Assembly: GCA_963668695.2 (NCBI GenBank)
Contig: CAXXLQ010000004.1
Span: 2,784,001-2,848,000 of the forward strand
From: Vicinamibacteria bacterium
GTDB lineage: Bacteria > Acidobacteriota > Vicinamibacteria > Marinacidobacterales > Marinacidobacteraceae
Direction of reading: 5' to 3'
DNA length: 64,000 nt
Shown here piece by piece: positions 48,119 through 56,271 of this stretch. The position numbers and the translations under genes are program-made. Within the stretch, counting starts at the first letter, position 1, and each line of letters begins with the position of its first letter. The notes under the pieces are model-generated. The model was not told the DNA's origin, did no database searches, and saw nothing but the letters and a program-made list of their open reading frames with translations.

Positions 48119-49294
48119 TTACGCCGCCATCTTCTGGGCGGAGTCGAGGACCGTCGCGATCCTGGTAGCGGCGCGCTGCATCTCGTCCATCGTGCCGAGG
48201 GAGATGCGGCAGCGAGTCCACAACGGCGGGAACGGCCGCCCGACGCGAACGCCCTCGGCGGCGCAGGCCGCCTGGAAATGCTCGATCGGCATCCCGACAT
48301 CCACGAAGATGAAGTTCGTCTGTGCGTCCGTAGAGCTGAGGCCCCGGTCGGCGAAGAACTTGATGATGAAGTCCCGCGCCTCGGCGTTCCGCTTCTTCTC
48401 GTTCGGGAGGTAGTCGGGATCCGCCTTGTCGCGCTGGAGGGCGGCGTTCGCGGCGACCAGCGCCGGCGTGCTGACCGAGTTGCCCATGTGGAACTCGCCC
48501 AGTTCGGCGATGGTGTCTTCGTGGGCGATCGCATAGCCGACCCGGAGACCGGCCATCCCGTAGGCCTTCGAGAAGGTGCGCGCCACGATGAGCCGCGGGT
48601 TCTCGATCGCCGTCGGGATCATGGTCTCATGACCCGGCGTGGTCACGTAGTCGATGTAGGCCTCGTCGGCCAGGATGCGGAGGTTTTTCTCCACGTCGAG
48701 GGCCCGCATCAGGAAGTCCTTGCTCTGGGCTGGATCGACGAGCGTAGCGACCGGATTGTTGGGGTTGCAGTAGAAGAGCATCCCGCTGCCCTTGCAGGCG
48801 TGGAGCGTCTGGTCCAGATCCATCTTGAACTCGGACGTCAGCGGTACCTCCTTCGTCCGGTAGCCCATCAGGTTCGCGTATCCGAAGCACTCTTCGTAGG
48901 TCGGCAGCGACCCGACGAGCGCCTTCTCCTTGCTTGCGTACTGATGAGTGCAGTCCACCAGGATCTGGGTGGAGCCGGCGCCCACGAGGACGTTTTGCGG
49001 CTTCACTCCCCACTTCTCGGCGATGGCCTCCTGCAGGGGGCCGAGGAACCGGAACGGGTAGCGTCCGGCGATCACGCCTTCGGGTCCGATGACCGAATCG
49101 ATGGCGTCCATGACCGCCTCACCGGGGCCGAGTGAGTTCTCGTTGTTGGCGAGGTTGATCGCCTCTTCGGGGGCGATTCCCATCTCGGCGGCGAAGGCGA
49201 GCTGCTCGCGGAGGCGCGAGCGGACGACAGTCGCGGCATAGAGGCCAGCGGCGCCGGCGGAGGCATGACTCAGGAAACTGCGGCGGGAGAGCAT
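48119..49294 (-). CDS. Tat-exported PLP-dependent aminotransferase, HisC-like class I/II
   Basis: MLSRRSFLS twin-arginine signal, LANNENSLGP, CNPNNP, DEAY, RTFSKAYGMAGLRVGY. SD GAGGAGGT upstream. Confidence 0.88.
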   Translation of the reverse strand: MLSRRSFLSHASAGAAGLYAATVVRSRLREQLAFAAEMGIAPEEAINLANNENSLGPGEAVMDAIDSVIGPEGVIAGRYPFRFLGPLQEAIAEKWGVKPQNVLVGAGSTQILVDCTHQYASKEKALVGSLPTYEECFGYANLMGYRTKEVPLTSEFKMDLDQTLHACKGSGMLFYCNPNNPVATLVDPAQSKDFLMRALDVEKNLRILADEAYIDYVTTPGHETMIPTAIENPRLIVARTFSKAYGMAGLRVGYAIAHEDTIAELGEFHMGNSVSTPALVAANAALQRDKADPDYLPNEKKRNAEARDFIIKFFADRGLSSTDAQTNFIFVDVGMPIEHFQAACAAEGVRVGRPFPPLWTRCRISLGTMDEMQRAATRIATVLDSAQKMAA

Positions 49295-49353
49295 GGGGTG
49301 GCTACCTCCTCGTAGCGGGGGGTTCTGCGGTTCTGGACGATGAGTGATTCGGC

Positions 49354-50550
49354 CTACTGCTGCTGGTTGTCGGCGGTGGCGAGCCCGAGCACTTCCGCGA
49401 AGACCGCGGTTGCGCGCTGCATCTCTTCGAGGGTGCCGATCGAGATGCGGGCGTGGGAGTTTTCGTAGGGAGGGAAGTCCCGGCCCACCATGATTCCCTG
49501 CTTTGCGCAGGCCTCGCGGAACTCCTTTGCCGAACGACCGATGTTCACGAAGATGAAGTTCGTCTCGCTGGGCACCGGGTCGAGGCCGTTGCTCGAGAAG
49601 AAGTCGAGGGTGAACTTGCGCGCCGCCTCGTTCCGCTTCACTTCCCTCTTGATGTAGGCCGGGTCTTCCAGCGATCCCATCGCGGCCGCGATGGAAAGGA
49701 TCGAAGTCCCGAAAGTGAGACGCAACGGGGCCAGCTTCGCGATCGTGCCGGCCTGCCCGAAGGAATAGCCAATCCGGAGACCCGCCATTCCGTACGCCTT
49801 CGAGAAGGTCCGGCCCACGAAGACGTCGCGGTACTCCATCGCGAGCGGGGCGCCGGTGTCGAAGGCGGGGTGGGTGACGTAGTCGTAGTAGGCCTCGTCG
49901 AGAAGAATCGCGGTGTAAGGCGATTCCTTCTTGACGAACTTCACGAAGTCCGTGATGTCCGCCAGCGAGTGGACCGTGCCGGTGGGGTTGTTCGGGTTGC
50001 AGAGGAAAACGAGTCCGGCGCCGATTGAGGCTCCGGCCATCTTGTCGAGGTCGAGTCCAAGATCTCCCATCATCGGGATGGACTTGACCGGTGCACCGAC
50101 GTACTTGGCGGTCCGCACCGGGTTCTCGTAGGAGCACTCCCCGGTGACGAGCGCCCGACCCGGGCCGGTGTACACCCGAACGGCGTTCCGGAGGATCTCC
50201 GAGGAACCCGGAGCGAGGACCACATGCTCGGCGCCCCCGCCGTACATCTCTCCGATCCGCTTGCGGAGGTCGCTGCCACTGATCCGCGCGTTCATCGGAT
50301 AGCGCATGATCGAGCCGTACTCGCCCCGGAGCGCCGCCACCGCGGCGGGTCCCGGACCGAGCGGGTTCTCGTTGCTGCTGATCCGGACCTCGTCGGCCTC
50401 GGGTGGCGGCACGAAGACCGGCGCCCCGCGAAAGCCGTTCTCGGCTTCCCAGGCTTCACGGCCGCGGGCGGAGATCGCGTGAAGAGCGGCCGGGCTGGTT
50501 GCGGTTCCACCGCCTGCCAAACTAAGGAAACTGCGACGGTTGGTCTTCAT
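49354..50550 (-). CDS. Tat-exported PLP-dependent aminotransferase, HisC-like class I/II
   Basis: MKTNRRSFLS, ISSNENPLGP, CNPNNPTG, DEAY, RTFSKAYGMAGLRIGY. Confidence 0.88.
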   Translation of the reverse strand: MKTNRRSFLSLAGGGTATSPAALHAISARGREAWEAENGFRGAPVFVPPPEADEVRISSNENPLGPGPAAVAALRGEYGSIMRYPMNARISGSDLRKRIGEMYGGGAEHVVLAPGSSEILRNAVRVYTGPGRALVTGECSYENPVRTAKYVGAPVKSIPMMGDLGLDLDKMAGASIGAGLVFLCNPNNPTGTVHSLADITDFVKFVKKESPYTAILLDEAYYDYVTHPAFDTGAPLAMEYRDVFVGRTFSKAYGMAGLRIGYSFGQAGTIAKLAPLRLTFGTSILSIAAAMGSLEDPAYIKREVKRNEAARKFTLDFFSSNGLDPVPSETNFIFVNIGRSAKEFREACAKQGIMVGRDFPPYENSHARISIGTLEEMQRATAVFAEVLGLATADNQQQ

Positions 50551-50700
50551 CGGATCTCTCCCTGATCGAGTATGTGCTCCGCGGTCGAGAGCTTCTTCTG
50601 AGTCTGATGTCGGATAGGCGAATTCATTCGGGTTGCTATTTTGGGTGGACGGAGCCTACCGGTTGGCCGAGATACGGCGCAACCCCCACGAGGGTTCCGC

Positions 50701-51216
50701 TCAATGCACCATGAGGTCGGCGACGAGCGCGGTTTCTCCCCACTGCATCTTGAGGGTGCCGTTCATTCCGTCGGCCATCAGCGTGATGGTGAACATCTCG
50801 GCGGAACTGTCGGCCTTTTCCACCTTGAGGGGAGCACTGAACAGGTCCTTTTCCGGATTGTGGGCAAGGCCCGACTGCCCGGTCTCGCCGTTCACCAGCA
50901 GGTCCCAACCGTCCTCGGTCTTCTGCGCGAAGAGGCTGTAGGCGCCGGCGGACACCATCTGGCTGCCGATCATCAGGTCACCCTCGGTGGTGATCGTGGT
51001 GGCGTCTTCGGAGCCGAGGCGCCACACCATTCCGGGCATCGCCTGGCCCAGCATGTCGCGGCCGTTCAGGCTGGGACGGCCGTAGTCCACGGTGACCGCC
51101 TTGCCGTCAAAGCTGGCTTCCACCTTGGCGCGCGGGTTGTGCGCCAGAGCGATCGCGGCCAGACCGACGGACAGAGCGACCGCCGAGATCAACATTTTCT
51201 TCGGGAAGTGGATCAT
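50701..51216 (-). CDS. DUF2911-family secreted protein
   Basis: Signal peptide, VTVDYGRPSLNGR, VWRLGSEDATT, AGAYSLF, LKMQWGET. Confidence 0.8.
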   Translation of the reverse strand: MIHFPKKMLISAVALSVGLAAIALAHNPRAKVEASFDGKAVTVDYGRPSLNGRDMLGQAMPGMVWRLGSEDATTITTEGDLMIGSQMVSAGAYSLFAQKTEDGWDLLVNGETGQSGLAHNPEKDLFSAPLKVEKADSSAEMFTITLMADGMNGTLKMQWGETALVADLMVH

Positions 51217-51364
51217 GGGTTGGTCCTCCGGCCGCGATTCTAACGGGCCGCCCGGTGGCCACGGCAATTCCGTTGCGGCGCTTGAGGACGGCGCGGTAGG
51301 CTCACCCAGAAGAGGCCCGGTCGTTTGCGCACGCGCGCGGGCGGGGCTCGAGGATCGATCTCCC

Positions 51365-53536
51365 ATGCAGCCTGCTCCTCATCATCGGCGTCCCTTCCGA
51401 GCCCTGGTGGCCGGTTTGGCCCTGCTGGCACCTTGCCTATTGGCACCTTCCCTGACGGGAGCAGACGAGCGCGTTGACCGCCTGCCCGAGGAACATCGGG
51501 TGTGGCTGGAAGAAGAGGTGGTCTACCTCATCACCGAGGTAGAGCGGGAAGTGTTCCTTGAGCTCCAAGGGTTCGAGGAGCGCGAACACTTCATCGAGGC
51601 GTTCTGGCTGCGGCGGGATCCCGTTCCGGCGACGAAGGAAAACGAGTTCAAGATCGAGCACTACGAGCGTCTCGACTACGCCAACCGCTTCCTGGGCAGG
51701 GACGCCCCCCGGCCGGGATGGCAGACCGACCGGGGCCGCCACTGGATCATCCTCGGCAAGCCGCGCCAGCGCGAGCAGTTCGACGGGCGCAACGAGGTGG
51801 TGAGCATCGATCTCTGGACCTACCAGGGAGACACCAGAATGGGCCTGCCGCCCCGGTTCAATTTGCTGTTCTTCAAGAAGGAAGATATCGGCGAATACGA
51901 GCTGTACCACCCGTGGGGCGATGGCCCGGACGCGCTTCTTCGTCGCGGCGAGCTGCTCCGAAACCGCCAGCATGCGGTCGTCGACATCCTCGAGGTGGTG
52001 TCCATGGATCTGGCCCGCGCGAGTCTGGTGGTGGATCTGACCGACCCGCACGCCGATTTTCTTTCGGCCACCAACACCATCGCCCCTCGGCTCGACACCG
52101 TGCGGCCCTCGATGAGCGTGGACAAGAACTTCGCGGACATCCTCGAATCCCCCTACAAGATCGTGGATCTGGAGGAAATCGAGGGGTATCTCCGATATGG
52201 GGATCGGGTGACCTCCGAATACTCGTTCCGCTTCGTCACGAGCGAGGCCGATTTCCGGGTACTGGTGGGACCCAGGAACACGCCCTTCATCCACTACAGC
52301 GTGAAATTCGCCCCGGAGGATTTCTCGCTTGAGTTCGACGATCGTGAGTACGTCTACCAGACGACACTCGAAGTCGAACTCGAGCTGCGCACGCTCGATG
52401 GACGCCTGGTCGCGGTGCAGCGGAACGAGCCCGAAATCCGGCTCACCGAAAGCCAGCATCGCGAGGCGGCCCCCCGTCCCTTTGCCTACCGCGACAACCT
52501 ACCGGTGATCCCCGGCGAGTACGAGGTGAGCGTCGTCGTGCGCAACCGCGCCAGCCAGCAGTACACGGTGGTGAGCGCTGAGGTTCAGGTTCCCGCGACC
52601 GGTGGTCCGGGCGCTGTTGGCCTCGCCGACCTGGTGCTCGCGTACCGCGCCGATCTGGGAGCGGATTTCGCAAGCGATCTGCGATTCGGAACCTTCCAGT
52701 TCGGTCCCGCGGTGCTCGAGCCGTCGGTGGGCGGAGTGTTCGCGGCCAGCGACACCCTGACCGTTGCGGTCCAGACGTTGAACGCCAAGGCCGACCAGAG
52801 TCTGCGGCTCCGCATCCTGACCGATGAGGGCGGTGGTCCCGACACGCGCGCGGCGGGTGAACTGCTGGTGGAGCGGGTGGTGGCGCCGGGAAGTGTGGCC
52901 GATCCGCCTATCGAGGAGTTTCCGCTGGCGGGGATCGGGGCCGGCCGCTATCTGGTGGTGGCGGAGCTTCTGGACAGCGCCGGGACAACAGTCGCGTCGC
53001 GGGAAGCCCCCATTCTGGTTTCCCCGCGCGCCACGGTGGATCGTCCCGGTTTTATTGTGCGGCGGTCTTTCGCCACCCACGTGCCGGGACTGCTTGCCCT
53101 TGCGCTCGGCGAGCAGTTCATGGCCCACGGCCGCGTTTCGGAAGCTACCGTCGCTTTCCGGGAGGCGGCCGCGAATCCGAACTTGCCGATGGCGCGCTGG
53201 AAGCTGGCGAGCGCGTTGCTGTTTGCGCGGAAAGCGGACGAAGCGCTGGATCTTCTGCTTCCTATCGAGACGGAATACCCGAATGAGATCGACGTGGCTG
53301 AAGGAGTGGGTTTCGCTTACTACATTCGACAGGAGTGCGGAGAAGCAGTCCCGCGTCTGGAACACGCTCTCACCCTGCGCACGGCGGATTCCTCGCTACT
53401 GAACGCGCTTGGGGATTGTCACGAGCAACTCGGTGACGGGGAACGCGCGCGGGAAATGTTCGAACGTTCGCTGGAGTTGAATCCGGGCCAGCAGGGTGTT
53501 CGAGACCGCCTGGCCGGGCTCGGCGACGGTCGCTGA
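51365..53536 (+). CDS. GWxTD-domain protein with C-terminal TPRs
   Basis: WLEEEVVYLIT..E, FIEAFWLRRDP.P.T.ENEFK.EHY.R, PGWQTDRGR..I.LG.P. Signal peptide from ATG 51365. Confidence 0.88.
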   Translation: MQPAPHHRRPFRALVAGLALLAPCLLAPSLTGADERVDRLPEEHRVWLEEEVVYLITEVEREVFLELQGFEEREHFIEAFWLRRDPVPATKENEFKIEHYERLDYANRFLGRDAPRPGWQTDRGRHWIILGKPRQREQFDGRNEVVSIDLWTYQGDTRMGLPPRFNLLFFKKEDIGEYELYHPWGDGPDALLRRGELLRNRQHAVVDILEVVSMDLARASLVVDLTDPHADFLSATNTIAPRLDTVRPSMSVDKNFADILESPYKIVDLEEIEGYLRYGDRVTSEYSFRFVTSEADFRVLVGPRNTPFIHYSVKFAPEDFSLEFDDREYVYQTTLEVELELRTLDGRLVAVQRNEPEIRLTESQHREAAPRPFAYRDNLPVIPGEYEVSVVVRNRASQQYTVVSAEVQVPATGGPGAVGLADLVLAYRADLGADFASDLRFGTFQFGPAVLEPSVGGVFAASDTLTVAVQTLNAKADQSLRLRILTDEGGGPDTRAAGELLVERVVAPGSVADPPIEEFPLAGIGAGRYLVVAELLDSAGTTVASREAPILVSPRATVDRPGFIVRRSFATHVPGLLALALGEQFMAHGRVSEATVAFREAAANPNLPMARWKLASALLFARKADEALDLLLPIETEYPNEIDVAEGVGFAYYIRQECGEAVPRLEHALTLRTADSSLLNALGDCHEQLGDGERAREMFERSLELNPGQQGVRDRLAGLGDGR

Positions 53537-53570
53537 GCCCGCCGCCGCCGTACCTCGGGGTTTTCCTGAG

Positions 53571-54506
53571 GTGATTGGCAGGGCGTTCGCCTTACGCCCC
53601 GAGGGCGCGTGGTTCCAGCGGAATCGTCCACTCGCTCCGTTCACGACGCTCGGGCTCGGGGGACCAGCCGACTGGTTCGTGCAGGTCGGCGGCGAGGAGC
53701 AGCTTCTTGCAGCTCTCTCGGCCGCCAGCAACGCCGGGCTCCCCGTCACCCTTCTTGGCGGCGGATCCAACGTGCTGGTGTCTGACGAGGGAGTCCGTGG
53801 GGTGGTGGTCCGGGTGCGCGGGGGCTCTGCGCACCACCTTGACGGCCGAACCGTCCGGGCATTCGCCGGAATGACAGTGAACGGGCTTGTCCGCTGGAGC
53901 ATCCAGCGAGGCCTCGCGGGTCTCGAGGCGTGGGCGGGCACCCCGGGAACGGTGGGAGGGGCAATCCATGGGAACGCTCACTTCGGCGGCCGGAACGTGA
54001 GCGAGTTGGTGACGGGGCTGCGTGTCGTCGGTGACCAGGGGGATGTGGAGACGCTCCCTGTGGAAGCCGCGGAGTTCGGGCCCGGCGGCGCCGCTCTCGC
54101 CCCGAGGGGGCGCATCGTCTTGTCCGCCGACTTCGGAGTTCAACCCGGGGATCCGGCCGTCCTTCGCCGGCGGGCTCGAGCATCCCTGGCGTTTCGGAAG
54201 CGCACCCAACCCCTCGGGCTCCCGAGCGCCGGCTGCGCCTTCCGGAACCCGGACCCCAGCCGGGTCTCCCTGCCTCCCGATGTCCCCTGCGCCGCCGGCG
54301 CTCTGCTGGACCGGACCGGGATGAAAGGGGTTGCGGTCGGCGGGGCCCGGGTGTCCGAGGTCCACGCCAATTTCCTGACTGCCGGACCCGGCGCGACGGC
54401 GGCGGACGTGCATCATTTGCTCGGGGTGTGCCGGGAGGCGGTGTCGGCGGCCTTCGGGGTCGAGCTGGTGCCCGAGCTCGTTTTCCTGGGAGAGTTTTCG
54501 TCTTGA
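53571..54506 (+). CDS. murB: UDP-N-acetylenolpyruvoylglucosamine reductase
   Basis: LAPFTTLGLGGPAD, LGGGSNVLVSD.G, GLE..AGTPGTVGGA, RKRTQP...PSAGCAFRNP, VSEVHANF, ELVPE. Start uncertain. Confidence 0.9.
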   Translation: MIGRAFALRPEGAWFQRNRPLAPFTTLGLGGPADWFVQVGGEEQLLAALSAASNAGLPVTLLGGGSNVLVSDEGVRGVVVRVRGGSAHHLDGRTVRAFAGMTVNGLVRWSIQRGLAGLEAWAGTPGTVGGAIHGNAHFGGRNVSELVTGLRVVGDQGDVETLPVEAAEFGPGGAALAPRGRIVLSADFGVQPGDPAVLRRRARASLAFRKRTQPLGLPSAGCAFRNPDPSRVSLPPDVPCAAGALLDRTGMKGVAVGGARVSEVHANFLTAGPGATAADVHHLLGVCREAVSAAFGVELVPELVFLGEFSS

Positions 54507-55846
54507 CTCGAGACGCTCCCGCTCCGACCACTTTGATCGTCGAGGGTGGCGCTCGACTGGAAGGCCGGGTGAAGGTCGAGGGCAACAAGAACGCCGCGCT
54601 ACCGCTCCTCGCCGCCTGCCTTCTCACCGACGAGTGGTGTGAACTCCGGAACATGCCGGAGATTCGCGACGCGGCCACGATGGCCGAAGTCCTGCAGGGG
54701 CTCGGCGCCGAAGTGGAGAGAGGGGAAGGGGGTTCCGTGCGGATCCGGGCCGCAGACATCCGGAGCGACGAACCGGACCCCGCGGGGGTGGGCCGGCTGC
54801 GCGGATCGGTGCTGCTTGCGGCGCCGCTGCTCGCGCGTCGCGGGAGGGTGCAGATGGGGGAGCCGGGAGGAGACTTCGCCGGGCGTCGAAGCCTCGACGT
54901 GCACCTGGCGGCCCTTCGGGCCATGGGGGTCAGGGAGGTCGAGGGGCCCGGCCGGGTGCTCGAGGCTCCTGATGGCCTGCAGCCCGCCTCCATCTATCTC
55001 GAGGAGGCGTCGGTCACGGGAACGGAAACGGCGCTGCTGGCCGCGGCGGGAGCCGAGGGCGTCTCGGAAATCCGTCACGCGGCCTGTGAACCGCATGTCG
55101 TCGAGCTGTGCGGGTTCCTGGAGAAGATGGGAATCGGCATCGAAGGGGCCGGTACTCCGACCCTGCGGGTGTTCGGCCGGGAGCGCCCGGCCGGTGCTGC
55201 GTGGACGCTCGCCGGGGACTTCGTGGAGGCCGGAAGTTGGGCGGCGGCCGCCGCCCTGACCGGCGGAACGGTGGAAATCCGGGGAGCGCGCGCCAGGGAT
55301 CTCGAGCCGATCGTGGCGGTGCTCAGCCGTCTCGGAGTAGCGATCGAACTCGAGGAGGATCGGCTGGTTGTCGAGCCCTCCCGGCTGCGCGCCGCGCGGC
55401 GCATCACCACCGCTCCGTGGCCGGGATTCCCGAGCGACATGGTGAGCCTCACGACGGTGTTGGCGACGGCCGCCGAAGGCGCCACCCTGGTTCACGACTG
55501 GATGTATGAACTCCGTCTCTTCTCCCTCGAACAGTTGATCGGGATGGGAGCGGACATGTTCCTCTGCGATCCACATCGGGTGATCGTCACCGGGCCTACC
55601 AAGCTTCGGGGGAGAGACCTCGACGCCCGCGACATCCGATCGGGAATGGCGCTAATCGCGGCGGCGCTTGCCGCGTCCGGCGAGAGCCGCATCACCCCGC
55701 TCGAAACCGTGCAGCGGGGTTATTCCGACCTGCCGGAGAAACTTCGCTCCCTGGGGGCAAGGGTGGACATTCTAGTAGCTGGTGGACAAAGTGGCGTGAG
55801 CGCCGAGGCCGGCCAGTCTCCCGGTGGGGGCGAGGCGCCCGGCTGA
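54503..55846 (+). CDS. murA: UDP-N-acetylglucosamine 1-carboxyvinyltransferase (Asp at the Cys115 position)
   Basis: GNKNAALPLLAA, LRGSVLL, PGGDFAGRRSLDVH, EASVTGTE, AACEPHV, TAPWPGFPSD, DIRSG, RGY. TTG start overlaps the murB stop. Confidence 0.92.
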   Translation: MTRDAPAPTTLIVEGGARLEGRVKVEGNKNAALPLLAACLLTDEWCELRNMPEIRDAATMAEVLQGLGAEVERGEGGSVRIRAADIRSDEPDPAGVGRLRGSVLLAAPLLARRGRVQMGEPGGDFAGRRSLDVHLAALRAMGVREVEGPGRVLEAPDGLQPASIYLEEASVTGTETALLAAAGAEGVSEIRHAACEPHVVELCGFLEKMGIGIEGAGTPTLRVFGRERPAGAAWTLAGDFVEAGSWAAAAALTGGTVEIRGARARDLEPIVAVLSRLGVAIELEEDRLVVEPSRLRAARRITTAPWPGFPSDMVSLTTVLATAAEGATLVHDWMYELRLFSLEQLIGMGADMFLCDPHRVIVTGPTKLRGRDLDARDIRSGMALIAAALAASGESRITPLETVQRGYSDLPEKLRSLGARVDILVAGGQSGVSAEAGQSPGGGEAPG

Positions 55847-56263
55847 CAAGGCGCGTGAGGGAGGAGCCCCCACCGGGAGAACTGGCCCGGGCGTATTCCG
55901 ACCGAAACCCAACGATGAGCGGCGCGAAGCGACGCGGTGAACAGCCGGTGGTGGAACCCACGTGAGCGCCGAGGCCGGCGAGGCACCCGGCTGACAAGGC
56001 GCGTGAGAAAGGAATACCGAGTGTATTTCGACCGAAACGCAACGATGAGCGGCGCGAAGCGACGCGGTTCAGCCGGGATGGATCGCCGGCCGAACGCCGC
56101 GTGGGTTTCATCACCGGTTGTTTGGCCGGGATGGATCGCCGGCCGAGCCCCCACCGGGAGAACTGGGCCGCGTGGGTTTCATCACCGGTTGTTTGGCCGG
56201 GATGGATCGCCGGCCGAGCCCCCACCGGGAGAACTGGGCCGCGTGACTTTGTTCACCGGCTGC
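55775..56263 (-). mobile_element. Nested family-A MITE cluster: outer element, inner element 55940-56122, 71-bp tandem duplication
   Basis: Outer TIRs GTAGCTGGTGGACAAAGT / ACTTTGTTCACCGGCTGC and inner TIRs AACAGCCGGTGGTGGAACCC / GGGTTTCATCACCGGTTGTT. Cores are the reverse complement of 4879-5051. Confidence 0.8.
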
Positions 56264-56271
56264 TTGGCGCC

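Noticed and set aside
49295-50137. 672-aa fused aminotransferase ORF
   Set aside because: The extension overlaps the upstream paralogue in another frame; a Tat signal and SD mark the start at 49294.
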